From: a virus
Lineage: Duplodnaviria; Heunggongvirae; Uroviricota; Caudoviricetes
DNA: 64,000 bases
Virus record (IMG/VR): IMGVR_UViG_3300029705_000015
Reading direction: 5' to 3' (one strand)
Shown: positions 9,109 through 17,744 of the stretch, piece by piece
Layout of the letters: the number at the start of each line of letters is the position of its first letter
How positions within the stretch are numbered: position 1 is the first letter of the stretch
Made by a program: the position numbers and the translations under genes
Notes under the pieces: generated by a model
What the model saw: the letters and a program-made list of their open reading frames with translations, nothing else
Told to the model about the DNA's origin: nothing
Database searches by the model: none

Positions 9109-9432
9109 ATGCGTTACAAGTTCTATGCTAGCGGCAACAAGGTCGTTTGTGTGTCTTCTTACGCAAAGCGAGCAGTTCGTGGTGTTGCAAAGTGCAATAC
9201 TGAGCAGGATACATTTGAACTGGAAGTTGGTAAGAAGCTTGCTCAGCTTCGTTGCGACAAGAATATTGCCACTAAGCGGCATAAGCGAGCCGGTGAGCAG
9301 TATGTTGCTGCAATGAGAGCATACGAAGCTGCTGAAGCAAATATGCTCAAGATGCGTAAGTACTTTGAAGACTCTCAGGATGAGCTGATGAGTGCTACTG
9401 CAAATCTGGAAGCATTTGAATCCAGCATCTAA
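9109..9432 (+). CDS. hypothetical protein
   Basis: GAGGTG RBS. Basic coiled-coil-like sequence. Confidence 0.5.
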   Translation: MRYKFYASGNKVVCVSSYAKRAVRGVAKCNTEQDTFELEVGKKLAQLRCDKNIATKRHKRAGEQYVAAMRAYEAAEANMLKMRKYFEDSQDELMSATANLEAFESSI

Positions 9433-9567
9433 TCGTTGTATAACTCATTAACCGAATGAGGTGACATAGAGCTCTGTGTGGTGCGAGCAGAGATAACTGA
9501 GACGGAAGGGGAGCGAAGGCTCATGATTCCTACAACGCACTTATTCGGTTGATATCGCACATTCTAT

Positions 9568-9650
9568 GCGGGTGTGGTGGAATTGGCAGACGCGCCGGAT
9601 TTAGGTTCCGGTGGGCGACCGTACGAGTTCAAGTCTCGTCACCCGTACCA
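9568..9650 (+). tRNA. tRNA-Leu(TAG): tRNA-Leu (anticodon TAG), type II
   Basis: Acceptor GCGGGTG/CACCCGT, anticodon arm CCGGA-TTTAGGT-TCCGG, long variable arm, TTCAAGT T-loop and encoded CCA. Confidence 0.75.
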
Positions 9651-10400
9651 AATATCCACACGACCGGAAAATCGGATGCCGGCGCTTGCCAAGGTGTGAA
9701 AGCGATGAGTGGAGTGATTCGTCACTTGTGGATATTCTATATGTCCGTTGGTGTACTTACGGCACGTTGTGTAGCTGATAATATCGGCAGCAAAGGTCCC
9801 AGAGAGTGCCTGGGAACGGATATTTTTCCAGATGTATTTATTGAATGCAGGAATGCATCTGTGACCGTTTAACTGCATTTCAAAGACCGGATAAAGGGTG
9901 CGAGGGTCATAGTTCGGTGATGCCTATTCCGAACATTGTATTTTGCATTCCTCAAAACCGAAGGAATGAAAGGTAGTAAAGGTCTACCATTGCTTGGTGA
10001 TTTCTTGCCCCTATTCCAAGTACTTAAAAAATCTATGCCATCCACTTACTGCGAAAGTGGTGAGTCCTTCGCAGAGGACAAAAGGTGAGGAGCTACCACA
10101 AGTGCTAACCCGGACAGCTCGCCCGTTGAGGAGCAAAAGCCAGCACGCAAGGGCATGCGGAAGAATCAGGTGTGATGAAAAGTTATTTAACTCCGAGGAC
10201 TGATCAACCTCCTGTTGTAATTTTTCATCATTAACAACTTACTTAGGCCACAATGAAGGTAACTTGTCGCAAATATGATTTCGTTACATATATTGTATAC
10301 TTAAAGGCCCAGAATGACAAGCTAGTGGTGTAATGGCTTCCTTCATCAAGTTGATATTCTCGTAAGTGTTTATTGTAATATGAATAAATAAATTAGATAT

Positions 10401-10475
10401 TGGGGTGTCGCCAAGCGGTAAGGCACAGGACTTTGACTCCTGCATTCAGTGGTTCGATCCCACTCACCCCAGCCA
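10401..10475 (+). tRNA. tRNA-Gln(TTG): tRNA-Gln (anticodon TTG)
   Basis: Acceptor TGGGGTG/CACCCCA, anticodon arm CAGGA-CTTTGAC-TCCTG, T-arm AGTGG-TTCGATC-CCACT and CCA. Confidence 0.75.
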
Positions 10476-10579
10476 AAGGGTTCATCAATCTCTCCTACAG
10501 ATCTAAGCGTCATGACGAGGTATTGCACAGCAAAAATTGATGATATAGTGACACAAGTGCACAATGTTGTCACATATAT

Positions 10580-10654
10580 GCTCCTGTAGTTCAAGAAGGT
10601 AGAACACCGGAAAGTTAATCCGGAGGGTTGCAGGTTCGAGGCCGGCTGGGAGCA
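10580..10654 (+). tRNA. tRNA-like, anticodon GTT (Asn?) with an atypical anticodon loop
   Basis: D-arm GTTC/GAAC and anticodon arm CCGGA-AAGTTAA-TCCGG. A33 replaces the usual U33 and the T-stem has a mismatch. Confidence 0.4.
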
Positions 10655-11041
10655 CTTGTTGCTTTTTCACTGCTTTGAAGCAATTTCAAGTCCCGAGGGA
10701 ATGGGCCAAGAAACATATCGATGAGTAGCTACTTTGATCACTGTTTCATAAAGCACTTGGGCAGGTAGGGTTAGAATGCCAGATGTATTTGTTAGTCTCG
10801 AGATGACAGATCATTCCTACTAGCTTGATAACTAGTTCTCAAAAAGTTATCCGTAGCAGTTGAGTATGGTAGTAAATTCTGTTATGTTGATAAATCTACT
10901 CAAAGAGGTAAGAGCTCAGAGACGTGAGTGTGAGAAACGAAGTAGACGATGAGCCAAGGGGAATGCCTCCAGGCAGTTGACCCCAAGACTGCAAATTCCT
11001 TTAGTGCCGCTTCAGTTGGACGCCGAACTCGTACTAAGGGT

Positions 11042-11077
11042 GGGAGATCGGATAGTTCTTCCGATCTCCTCTTGTTT
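11042..11077 (+). terminator. rho-independent terminator
   Basis: Hairpin GGAGATCGGA/TCCGATCTCC followed by TCTTGTTT. Confidence 0.55.
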
Positions 11078-11156
11078 CTAAATATTCAGTTCAATTGGTA
11101 GAGCTAAAAACTTACATTGTATATATTACTATAACAAAGGTTATAGAGGTATTGCA

Positions 11157-11926
11157 ATGGTTGTTAAAAAATTGATATGTGAGTACTGCGGTGTTGAAAT
11201 TTCAGTCTCTAACTACAGTAAACACATTCGACGACATGAGAAACATCCTGAATCTTTCGAGACTCCAAAATATCAGATCAAACATGAGGGCTTGAATTGT
11301 TCATTCTGTGGAAAATTATGTAAGAATCGAAATAGTTTAAGTAATCATGAAAGACTTTGTAGATTAAATCCTGATAGGAAAGCCAGTGCACTTGAACGTT
11401 ACAATATCTCCGATCATCAAGTTTGGAATAAGGGGTTAACAGTAGAGAGTGACGAACGTGTTAAACAACACGCATTGAGTCGAAAAGGAAGAGAAGGAAC
11501 ATTCAAAGGTAAGCATCATTCTGATTCAGCAAAACAAAAACTTCGGGAAGCAAGACTAAATTATTTATCTGATAATCCAGATAAGGTTCCATATCTGCTT
11601 AATCACTCCTCAAAACAAGTTATCCTGAATTATATTTTTCGGAGTTATTTGAAATTGAGGATATTCCACTCAAACATCATAAACAGATTTCCTACTACCA
11701 GTTAGATTTCTACAATGATGAATGTATGCTTGATATTGAAATTGATGGTGAGCAACACTATGTGGACGAACGAATTGTTGAAAGTGATAAAAGACGATCT
11801 AGATATCTAGAGGATCTTGGTTGGACAGTTTTTAGAATTCGATGGTCTGAGTATCAAAGAATGTCATTACAAGAGAAGCAAGAAGTTGTTAATCACATTA
11901 AAAAACTAATAGATATGCGGCGCTAG
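11157..11926 (+). pseudogene. homing endonuclease-like gene, frameshifted (N-terminal zinc fingers with NUMOD3 motifs; C-terminal DUF559/Vsr-like PD-(D/E)xK nuclease in the -1 frame)
   Basis: ORF 11157-11705 has C2H2-like CxxC..H..H fingers and NUMOD3-like motifs (WNKGL, GKHHSDSAKQKLREA). Its tail is nonsense, and frame -1 from ~11603 encodes YYQLDFYNDECMLDIEIDGEQH...GWTVFRIRW, a DUF559-like domain. Confidence 0.55.
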
Positions 11927-11994
11927 CTCAGCTGGACTAGAGCAATCGCCTTTTAAGCGATGGGTCAGGAGTTCAAATCTCCTGCGCCGCACCA
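11917..11994 (+). tRNA. tRNA-Lys(TTT): tRNA-Lys (anticodon TTT)
   Basis: Acceptor GCGGCGC/GCGCCGC, anticodon arm ATCGC-CTTTTAA-GCGAT, TTCAAAT T-loop and CCA. Overlaps the endonuclease stop codon. Confidence 0.75.
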
Positions 11995-12115
11995 ATGCTA
12001 CTAGTACAAAAACAGATCTCTTTCCTTGCTTTACCGAGGACAGGTTAGAAACCAGGAGACAGTATTTCTCCCTCTAAAGGAGAGGATTGTGGCTTACATC
12101 CACAGTAGCAAACCA
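11995..12115 (+). ncRNA. tRNA-like element with a CUA (amber-reading) anticodon-type hairpin; candidate non-canonical suppressor tRNA
   Basis: Hairpin TCTCC-CTCTAAA-GGAGA (12067-12083) carries CTA at anticodon positions. Downstream lie a T-arm-like TGTGG-CTTACAT-CCACA and AGTAGCA-A-ACCA. A complementary TGCTACT sits at 11995, but the 5' region is ~45 nt too long for a D-arm. Confidence 0.25.
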
Positions 12116-12197
12116 AGCGGCTCAAAAGTTTGATGGCTGACTTTCCAAGGACTTGTGCTTGCACCGGACCAGTTTTTCGCAGCCATCATTTTAATAT

Positions 12198-12274
12198 GCG
12201 GTAGTAGCTCAGTTGGCTAGAGCATCTGCCTTCCAAGCAGAGGGTCGCGAGTTCGAGTCTCGTCTACCGCTCCA
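12198..12274 (+). tRNA. tRNA-Gly(TCC): tRNA-Gly (anticodon TCC)
   Basis: Acceptor GCGGTAG/CTACCGC, anticodon arm TCTGC-CTTCCAA-GCAGA, TTCGAGT T-loop and CCA. Confidence 0.75.
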
Positions 12275-12457
12275 TGCTCTATGGAGTATGCAACTTTAAT
12301 CAAAAGAATTCAGTAATAGAGACTTCGGGCACCAATGCGTACGATGGTGCTTTATGTAAAGGTGAGACGAATTAGTAATGAGCTTAGAAGTGTGAAAAAG
12401 CTGAAAGGCGTTGATTCATTGGGGGTTGTGCATAGCTCCGCTCTATAGAGCAACCAT

Positions 12458-12535
12458 CTAGATGTAGCTCAGTTTGGTCAGAGCGCTTGCTTCGGGAGCA
12501 AGAAGTCGCAAGTTCGAATCTTGTCATCTGGACCA
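12458..12535 (+). tRNA. tRNA-Pro(CGG): tRNA-Pro (anticodon CGG)
   Basis: Acceptor CTAGATG/CATCTGG, anticodon arm CTTGC-TTCGGGA-GCAAG, TTCGAAT T-loop and CCA. Confidence 0.65.
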
Positions 12536-12542
12536 TATGATT

Positions 12543-12660
12543 GAAGCAGTTATATCAGTTACTTCAAAAGATGATCAAAACAGCCGTCGAACGACGTGAA
12601 GGTTCAAGTCCTTCTCTGCTTCTAATGGAAGCAGATGGTGGAATAGGTAGACACAGCAGT
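12543..12660 (+). ncRNA. Y-RNA-like tRNA mimic (YrlA-type permuted tRNA-like module)
   Basis: Motif TGAAGCAG-N6-CAGTTACTTC, shared with the repeats downstream of the TROVE gene. It is followed by a T-arm GAAGG-TTCAAGT-CCTTC, an acceptor-like hairpin TCTGCTTC-TAATG-GAAGCAGA and a D-arm-like TGGTGGAATAGGTAGACAC, in the order T-arm, closed acceptor hairpin, D-arm. Confidence 0.45.
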
Positions 12661-12701
12661 CCATAAATCACTGATATTGCACATTCTCAATCATTACATA
12701 T

Positions 12702-12793
12702 AGGGGTGTCGCATAGTGGCGATTGCAGCGGTCTCCAAAACCGCCGAGTACTGATCATGCTCCACCTAGGTTCGAGTCCTAGCGCCCCTGCCA
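12702..12793 (+). tRNA. type II tRNA with anticodon CCA (Trp codon reader), isotype uncertain
   Basis: Acceptor AGGGGTG/CGCCCCT, anticodon arm GCGGT-CTCCAAA-ACCGC, 20-nt variable arm hairpin, T-arm CTAGG-TTCGAGT-CCTAG and CCA. Confidence 0.5.
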
Positions 12794-12800
12794 CATATGA

Positions 12801-12830
12801 ACGGTAGCTTCGGTTACCGTTCTTTTTTTA
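12801..12830 (+). terminator. rho-independent terminator
   Basis: Hairpin ACGGTAGC-TTCG-GTTACCGT (UUCG tetraloop) followed by T7. Confidence 0.65.
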
Positions 12831-12834
12831 TTAG

Positions 12835-12863
12835 TTGATTATTTAACTGTTTAATTATATAAT
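12835..12863 (+). promoter_or_regulatory. sigma70-like promoter (TAGTTGATTATTTAACTGTT...TATAAT)
   Basis: Conserved motif with a 17-nt spacer. Confidence 0.5.
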
Positions 12864-12893
12864 ATGAGTATAAAGCACATGGAGGTAATTGTT

Positions 12894-13625
12894 ATGGATT
12901 ATGTTTCTATTCAGGATATTCGTTGCTTGGCCACTAAGTTGAATGCTGAGCCTGCTTATCAGCACGAGGATGAAGACTTCTATGTTGGAGTAACCACTCT
13001 GGCAAGTGACATTGAAGAGCTTCAGAGATTTCCTAAGAAAAAAGGCTACTGGAAAGGTGTTCGTAAGCAGAAATGGATCTATGCTCAATGTTCTGAGTGT
13101 GGTACTGTTCATGATGTTGCTACTAATTTCTGCCCGGACTGTGGTATTGAAATGGAAAGTAAAGATCTGAAAATGGAGCCAGAAAACAAGATTCAGTTCA
13201 ACGGCATGGTTAACGGAGTTCCTGCATTTACTGGAACACTTCCGTTGGAATTCAACAAAGAGCGTGCAATTGAAATACGCTTAGATAACAACGAAGGTAT
13301 CGCATTCATTCGACTTGCAAATCTTGATGGTTTTGCAACTTATGGAATCGAACAAACAAGAGAACATGATTGTGGTCATGGACCTGGATATATCTGGGCT
13401 AGTAGAGCAACTGTTATGAACAGAGTTTTTGATGTTGCTCTTATTGATGCTCTCTACAAAGTTGAAGGTAGAAACACTTACAGCTGTTGTGCAATTGATC
13501 TCAACACAATGACTCAGTTGCTTGAAGGTACTGAGTACAACGTGGATCCTGTTCCGCGTGTCACCGCAGAAGATATTCATTATGATGTAAAGAGAGTTTG
13601 GAGGAGAGTTGATCGTGAAGGGTAA
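12894..13625 (+). CDS. hypothetical zinc-ribbon protein
   Basis: GGAGG RBS lies 8 nt upstream of the ATG at 12894. CxxC...CxxC ribbon. The 12864 start would lie upstream of the predicted transcription start. Confidence 0.55.
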   Translation: MDYVSIQDIRCLATKLNAEPAYQHEDEDFYVGVTTLASDIEELQRFPKKKGYWKGVRKQKWIYAQCSECGTVHDVATNFCPDCGIEMESKDLKMEPENKIQFNGMVNGVPAFTGTLPLEFNKERAIEIRLDNNEGIAFIRLANLDGFATYGIEQTREHDCGHGPGYIWASRATVMNRVFDVALIDALYKVEGRNTYSCCAIDLNTMTQLLEGTEYNVDPVPRVTAEDIHYDVKRVWRRVDREG

Positions 13626-13914
13626 GAAATTTTCTGCTGCGGAGAAACATTTCCAAGAAAAGGAAATTAAACTCCGCAAAGATATCCAGTACTGGCAAGA
13701 ACTTGCAATTCAACGAGCCGCACATATCAAGGAACTTGAAGCAGCTCTTAAGTCTGCAAATAGTACTGTTGAACAACAAAGAGACTGGATTGAGCGTCTC
13801 TTACAATATACTGAGCTGAGTCCCGAAGATATCAAGGCTGCTTGTGAGAAAGATAAAGCAATGGCAGCATGTGCGGACTTAATCTTAGGTGCAAGTAGCT
13901 TCTGGAGGTTCTAA
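13609..13914 (+). CDS. hypothetical coiled-coil protein
   Basis: ORF overlapping the upstream gene's end. Confidence 0.4.
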   Translation: MIVKGKKFSAAEKHFQEKEIKLRKDIQYWQELAIQRAAHIKELEAALKSANSTVEQQRDWIERLLQYTELSPEDIKAACEKDKAMAACADLILGASSFWRF

Positions 13915-13915
13915 C

Positions 13916-14235
13916 ATGAGAAATACATACAAAGCTCTCGATGTTAGAGAGTGCCGTGTTCTAGAAAACGTGGAATATCGTAAACCGTATGGCGCCGGTG
14001 GCACACCGGATCTGTTTGTGTTCCTCATCAACTTCGTGTTATTGTAATCGCTCAAGAAGACAATGATAAAGCTAGAGTTCGTTTTGAGTTTGTTCAAGCG
14101 TATGAATACCAATTTCTAGGCGAAACTCGTTACACTGGTTACATAGGTGATTGGAATCTGATTGTTCCTGGTGACTACTTCACGATTCAGGAGACTGACA
14201 CTTATGATAAAGTAACTATACTGAGCACACTGTAG
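13916..14235 (+). pseudogene. hypothetical gene with an apparent -1 frameshift (43-codon ORF followed by an 84-codon start-less ORF)
   Basis: The ATG ORF 13916-14047 ends at TAA. An overlapping -1 frame continues to the TAG at 14233 without a start codon. Confidence 0.3.
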
Positions 14236-14264
14236 TTGATTATTTAACTGTTATATTATATAAT
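14236..14264 (+). promoter_or_regulatory. sigma70-like promoter (conserved motif)
   Basis: TAGTTGATTATTTAACTGTTAT, 17-nt spacer, TATAAT. Confidence 0.5.
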
Positions 14265-14302
14265 CATAGTGTAATAAATAAAGCGAAGGATGTGGTTACC
14301 AC

Positions 14303-14551
14303 ATGAAGGTTTGCAGGAAAGTTTTTTCTTATACTACACAGTCCTCTAAGGATAAAAACGATCCTATGGATATGGTGTTGAAAGAGCTGAATGAAACTAT
14401 TGAAGCAGAAAATATCATCAGCATTGAAACAAATTCTTCTCGAGGAGAGTTTCGATATGACCGCGGTAGTTTATTTGACTATGCTTCTATCGACAGAAGT
14501 AATGGTCATTGTCCCTTAACAGTTAATGTAACTGTTTTTTATAGAGCTTGA
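14303..14551 (+). CDS. hypothetical protein
   Basis: ORF downstream of the promoter. Confidence 0.4.
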   Translation: MKVCRKVFSYTTQSSKDKNDPMDMVLKELNETIEAENIISIETNSSRGEFRYDRGSLFDYASIDRSNGHCPLTVNVTVFYRA

Positions 14552-14567
14552 TCAAGGAGGATATACA

Positions 14568-15143
14568 ATGCATAACAAATTTGATGTACGTATCTGCAAA
14601 TGTGGACGAATTCATTTTATCGATAACAATCTCATCGATGAGGCTCTGGAACAAGATAAGAACCTGATGCTGGTATGCGGAGGATGTGGATCCATTCAGC
14701 TTATTGGAGCTGATCGTGAAACTGACTGGGTTGATACTGGCAAGACTGTATTCAATATGTATACCTTCAATATTCAGGAAGAACAGCAGATCTGGGATGC
14801 CTCTCTGTTTACTGGGAGCGATAAGAAAAAGCCTGTTAGCAAGATCTTGTATGACGCGGGCGTTCAGGTAATGATGCAGAGTGGGTACTTTGCCAGATCT
14901 TTTGAAAACGGTGTTGGTAGATTTCAGGATATGTGGTATCCCGATTTTTGGAAGATTCCTGCAAATGCCACTGCACAGGAATACAAAGAGTTCATTGAAC
15001 AGTGGCAGAAAGATTCTGTAACAGTTAATATGCCGTTCCTGCTTCGTACCTTAACAGAGGAACAAGCTCAAGCTCTTTCTGGTTACATTATTGAGGGGCT
15101 TGATTGGAAAGGAACAAAGTTTGAAAGGGAGTGGCACAAATGA
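14568..15143 (+). CDS. hypothetical zinc-ribbon protein
   Basis: GGAGG RBS. CKCGR...CGGCG motif. Confidence 0.5.
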   Translation: MHNKFDVRICKCGRIHFIDNNLIDEALEQDKNLMLVCGGCGSIQLIGADRETDWVDTGKTVFNMYTFNIQEEQQIWDASLFTGSDKKKPVSKILYDAGVQVMMQSGYFARSFENGVGRFQDMWYPDFWKIPANATAQEYKEFIEQWQKDSVTVNMPFLLRTLTEEQAQALSGYIIEGLDWKGTKFEREWHK

Positions 15144-15490
15144 TTGACGGCAATGTAATCAAGTTTGGATATGGAACAGTAGCAGTTGCAAACAACTATT
15201 CCGATGTAGTGTTCACAGCCATTAAACCTCCGCAGGAAGTTGGAAGACAGCTGCAATGTACAGACGAGTTAGAGTATGACTACAAAACTCGAATCAAGAT
15301 TAGCATGGCTGAACATTATCATGAGCTGAAGGAAAAGTTAAAAGCTGTTTTACAGATCAATGATTCTTGCGTTGTTACTGTTGCGGGATATACATTTGAC
15401 TTCAGTAACTTTAATCCGAAAAGTGTCGAAGTGATTCTGGATCATGCCACATATGCTTACCACAGTTATATTCGACTTTGTGCAGTTTAA
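15131..15490 (+). CDS. hypothetical protein
   Basis: ORF overlapping the upstream gene's end. Confidence 0.45.
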   Translation: MAQMIDGNVIKFGYGTVAVANNYSDVVFTAIKPPQEVGRQLQCTDELEYDYKTRIKISMAEHYHELKEKLKAVLQINDSCVVTVAGYTFDFSNFNPKSVEVILDHATYAYHSYIRLCAV

Positions 15491-15503
15491 GGAGGCAATA
15501 CAT

Positions 15504-15989
15504 ATGTTTGATAAGGTTAACAAGCTGCTGGAGCAGTACATCGGTGGGCAGATCTTTTTTACTGAGCTTGATAAAGCTGTAAAGTTCGATTCTTGCATCC
15601 TTGGTCAGCTTGTGGCTGCCGTAAGGGAAGAATTTGGTGAGAATGTGTGCACCATCGCAAGTGGGGAAATCGGTCTGGCTATGCACAACATGGGAGTTCC
15701 CGTTGACTTCCTTGTTCCAGGCGGCCTGAGACACGATCCCTCAAAGATCAATCTGGAGCCTTTCAAAAAGAGCATTGAGGGCAAGGGCTTCGTATTCATT
15801 GACGACTCTTACTTCAGTGGAAGAACTGTACTGGTTGTTCGTGAAGAAATTGCTCGTCTCGGTGGCGTCTTCCTTGGCACATATGTTGCATATGATGGCT
15901 CCAAGAATAAAGAGTGTGATGTTCATGCTCTGTACAGATACTACGATTATCATGATGTACTCGGCAGACCTCTGAAGAAGGAGGAATAA
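15504..15989 (+). CDS. phosphoribosyltransferase (type I PRTase) domain protein
   Basis: PRPP-binding-like motif FVFIDDSYFSGRTV. GGAGG RBS before the ATG at 15504. Confidence 0.55.
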   Translation: MFDKVNKLLEQYIGGQIFFTELDKAVKFDSCILGQLVAAVREEFGENVCTIASGEIGLAMHNMGVPVDFLVPGGLRHDPSKINLEPFKKSIEGKGFVFIDDSYFSGRTVLVVREEIARLGGVFLGTYVAYDGSKNKECDVHALYRYYDYHDVLGRPLKKEE

Positions 15990-15991
15990 GA

Positions 15992-16306
15992 ATGAGCAAG
16001 AGACTCGAACGATATATCATGGATCGAAACTACCATACTTCTGATGAGGAAATTCTGCGGTTGTGTCCTGATGTAATCGGTATTTTTTACGGATTTAACA
16101 ACTACATGTGTAACATTACACATATCAAAGAACTGGTGGATGCTGTACATAAAGAGTATCCTGAAATCAAAGAAGAGGATATGAATGTATGGTATGTTGA
16201 AAAACATATGTCAATTCGACACGCTGGATATACTGTACTACGTGTATCAATTCCAACCAATGATTATCTACAAATGAGAAAAAATCATGAAATTGGAATT
16301 CTGTAA
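15992..16306 (+). CDS. hypothetical protein
   Basis: ORF with AGGAGG RBS. Confidence 0.45.
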   Translation: MSKRLERYIMDRNYHTSDEEILRLCPDVIGIFYGFNNYMCNITHIKELVDAVHKEYPEIKEEDMNVWYVEKHMSIRHAGYTVLRVSIPTNDYLQMRKNHEIGIL

Positions 16307-16322
16307 CTTGAGGTAACTAATC

Positions 16323-16685
16323 ATGATTCATTTCTACAACGAACAGGAATATGGCTATTTTGCATACGTCGATGACCTTGGCAATCTAGTTATTGGAGAA
16401 CGTGTTCCCCATAGAGATGTTCTCTGGCACGGTTTCTACAAAGGGGAAGATGATACTCCCTATCTTGACAAGATCAAAGTAGCAAACCCTAAACTTTATA
16501 AAAGAATTGTGGACTACTTCGAGAACGGTCCGATGGAAGATTCAGATAGTCTTGCAAGTATTGCTCAATGTAGTAACTACACTGATCTTGAAAAATTGGA
16601 AAAGATATTCAAGAGACAAAGAGGTTCCATCTACAAAAATCACATCGAACTTTACTATGTTCTTGCGAGCATGTTTGGAGGATAG
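16323..16685 (+). CDS. hypothetical protein
   Basis: ORF ending at a TAG. Confidence 0.45.
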   Translation: MIHFYNEQEYGYFAYVDDLGNLVIGERVPHRDVLWHGFYKGEDDTPYLDKIKVANPKLYKRIVDYFENGPMEDSDSLASIAQCSNYTDLEKLEKIFKRQRGSIYKNHIELYYVLASMFGG

Positions 16686-16686
16686 A

Positions 16687-17310
16687 ATGGAATCAATCTT
16701 ACTAAGTATGAAGCCTCAAAGATGCGAAAAAGTTGCATCGGGTGACATAACTATCGATATTCGGAAAACAAGAGTGAATATTGAAACACCATTCAAAGTG
16801 TATTTATACTGTACAAAAGGTCGTAGGGCAAAGTCAGAGATTGTTAAAGTAGGTTATGTAATCGGAGAGTTCATATGTAAAAGATTACACTATTTTGCAT
16901 TCCGTGAGATGTTTGCTCCTCCCTTGTGGGAACAGAGTATAGGTAACGGTTACTATATAACTTGTGGCGAACTCGATAAAACAGGTATGTCTTATGATGA
17001 GTTGTGTGAGTATGGCAACGAAAAAGACGTTTACGGTCTAGAAATATCAGATCTTGAAATCTATGATGTTCCAAAACCTCTAAATGAGTTCTACTATGCA
17101 GGAGCGCCGGATTCGTGTGAACTTGAGGATGATCTGTGTGCTTACTGCTCTGCCACTGACTACGGTGAAACAAAATGTTATTCTACTCCGAATGGATACT
17201 ACATGTGCGAAGGTAGCTGGTGTGGTGAAGCATATGACTGCTATCTTGAAGAGAACTACACAATTGTACATCCTCCGAGAAGTTTTTGTAGAGTTGAGGT
17301 GATAAGATGA
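16687..17310 (+). CDS. ASCH domain protein with a Cys-rich C-terminus
   Basis: MKPQRCEKVASGDITIDIRKTR matches the ASCH N-terminal pattern. GGAGG RBS before the ATG at 16687. The longer 16507 ORF is an out-of-context extension. Confidence 0.5.
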   Translation: MESILLSMKPQRCEKVASGDITIDIRKTRVNIETPFKVYLYCTKGRRAKSEIVKVGYVIGEFICKRLHYFAFREMFAPPLWEQSIGNGYYITCGELDKTGMSYDELCEYGNEKDVYGLEISDLEIYDVPKPLNEFYYAGAPDSCELEDDLCAYCSATDYGETKCYSTPNGYYMCEGSWCGEAYDCYLEENYTIVHPPRSFCRVEVIR

Positions 17311-17744
17311 CTGCTGAAAATACAATTCAATGGATGATGGATTTCTATCCTGAACTTTACCCAACAAGAAAGCACTGTTTGAATCAGCTGTTCTGTGTTA
17401 TCGGAAACGGATACAAGTGGATCAATGGAGAACTTGTTGACACCGATCCGGATGAATTTACAAAGCGGTACAAGTTTAAGAAACCAGTTGATAGAGCTGT
17501 TAGTCGAAATGAAGAACATTGGTACTTAATGTCTGACTGGCACAAACAACTAAAACAACTTGATCCAGAACATAGAACTCCTATGCAGTATGAATTTGAG
17601 TGGTATCCGGTAGCTTCAGAATACTCATATGTTGTCAACTTTCCAGAGGACATAACTCCAAGTTGGAAAGCAGCTATTCTGGAATGCAGAAAGTTACTTG
17701 CCTCGGATGGAATTGTGCTCATAGTTGAGGAGGAATCAACATGA
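17307..17744 (+). CDS. hypothetical protein
   Basis: ORF with ATGA overlap. Confidence 0.45.
   Translation: MTAENTIQWMMDFYPELYPTRKHCLNQLFCVIGNGYKWINGELVDTDPDEFTKRYKFKKPVDRAVSRNEEHWYLMSDWHKQLKQLDPEHRTPMQYEFEWYPVASEYSYVVNFPEDITPSWKAAILECRKLLASDGIVLIVEEEST

Noticed and set aside
9568-9650. tRNA-Leu(TAG) as a possible amber suppressor
   Set aside because: The anticodon 5'-UAG-3' reads the CUA leucine codon, not the UAG stop. A suppressor would need CUA.
9549-9872. ORFs 9549-9872 (+) and 9639-9878 (-) across the tRNA-Leu region
   Set aside because: They overlap a high-confidence tRNA and the structured spacer. They have no RBS and a biased, implausible composition, so they are spurious.
16507-17310. 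Long ORF 16507-17310 (267 aa) as a single gene
   Set aside because: Its first 60 codons overlap the well-supported gene 16323-16685 in another frame. The ATG at 16687 with a GGAGG RBS is the real start. Similar cases are 15444, 50631, 53695, 55664 and 62546.
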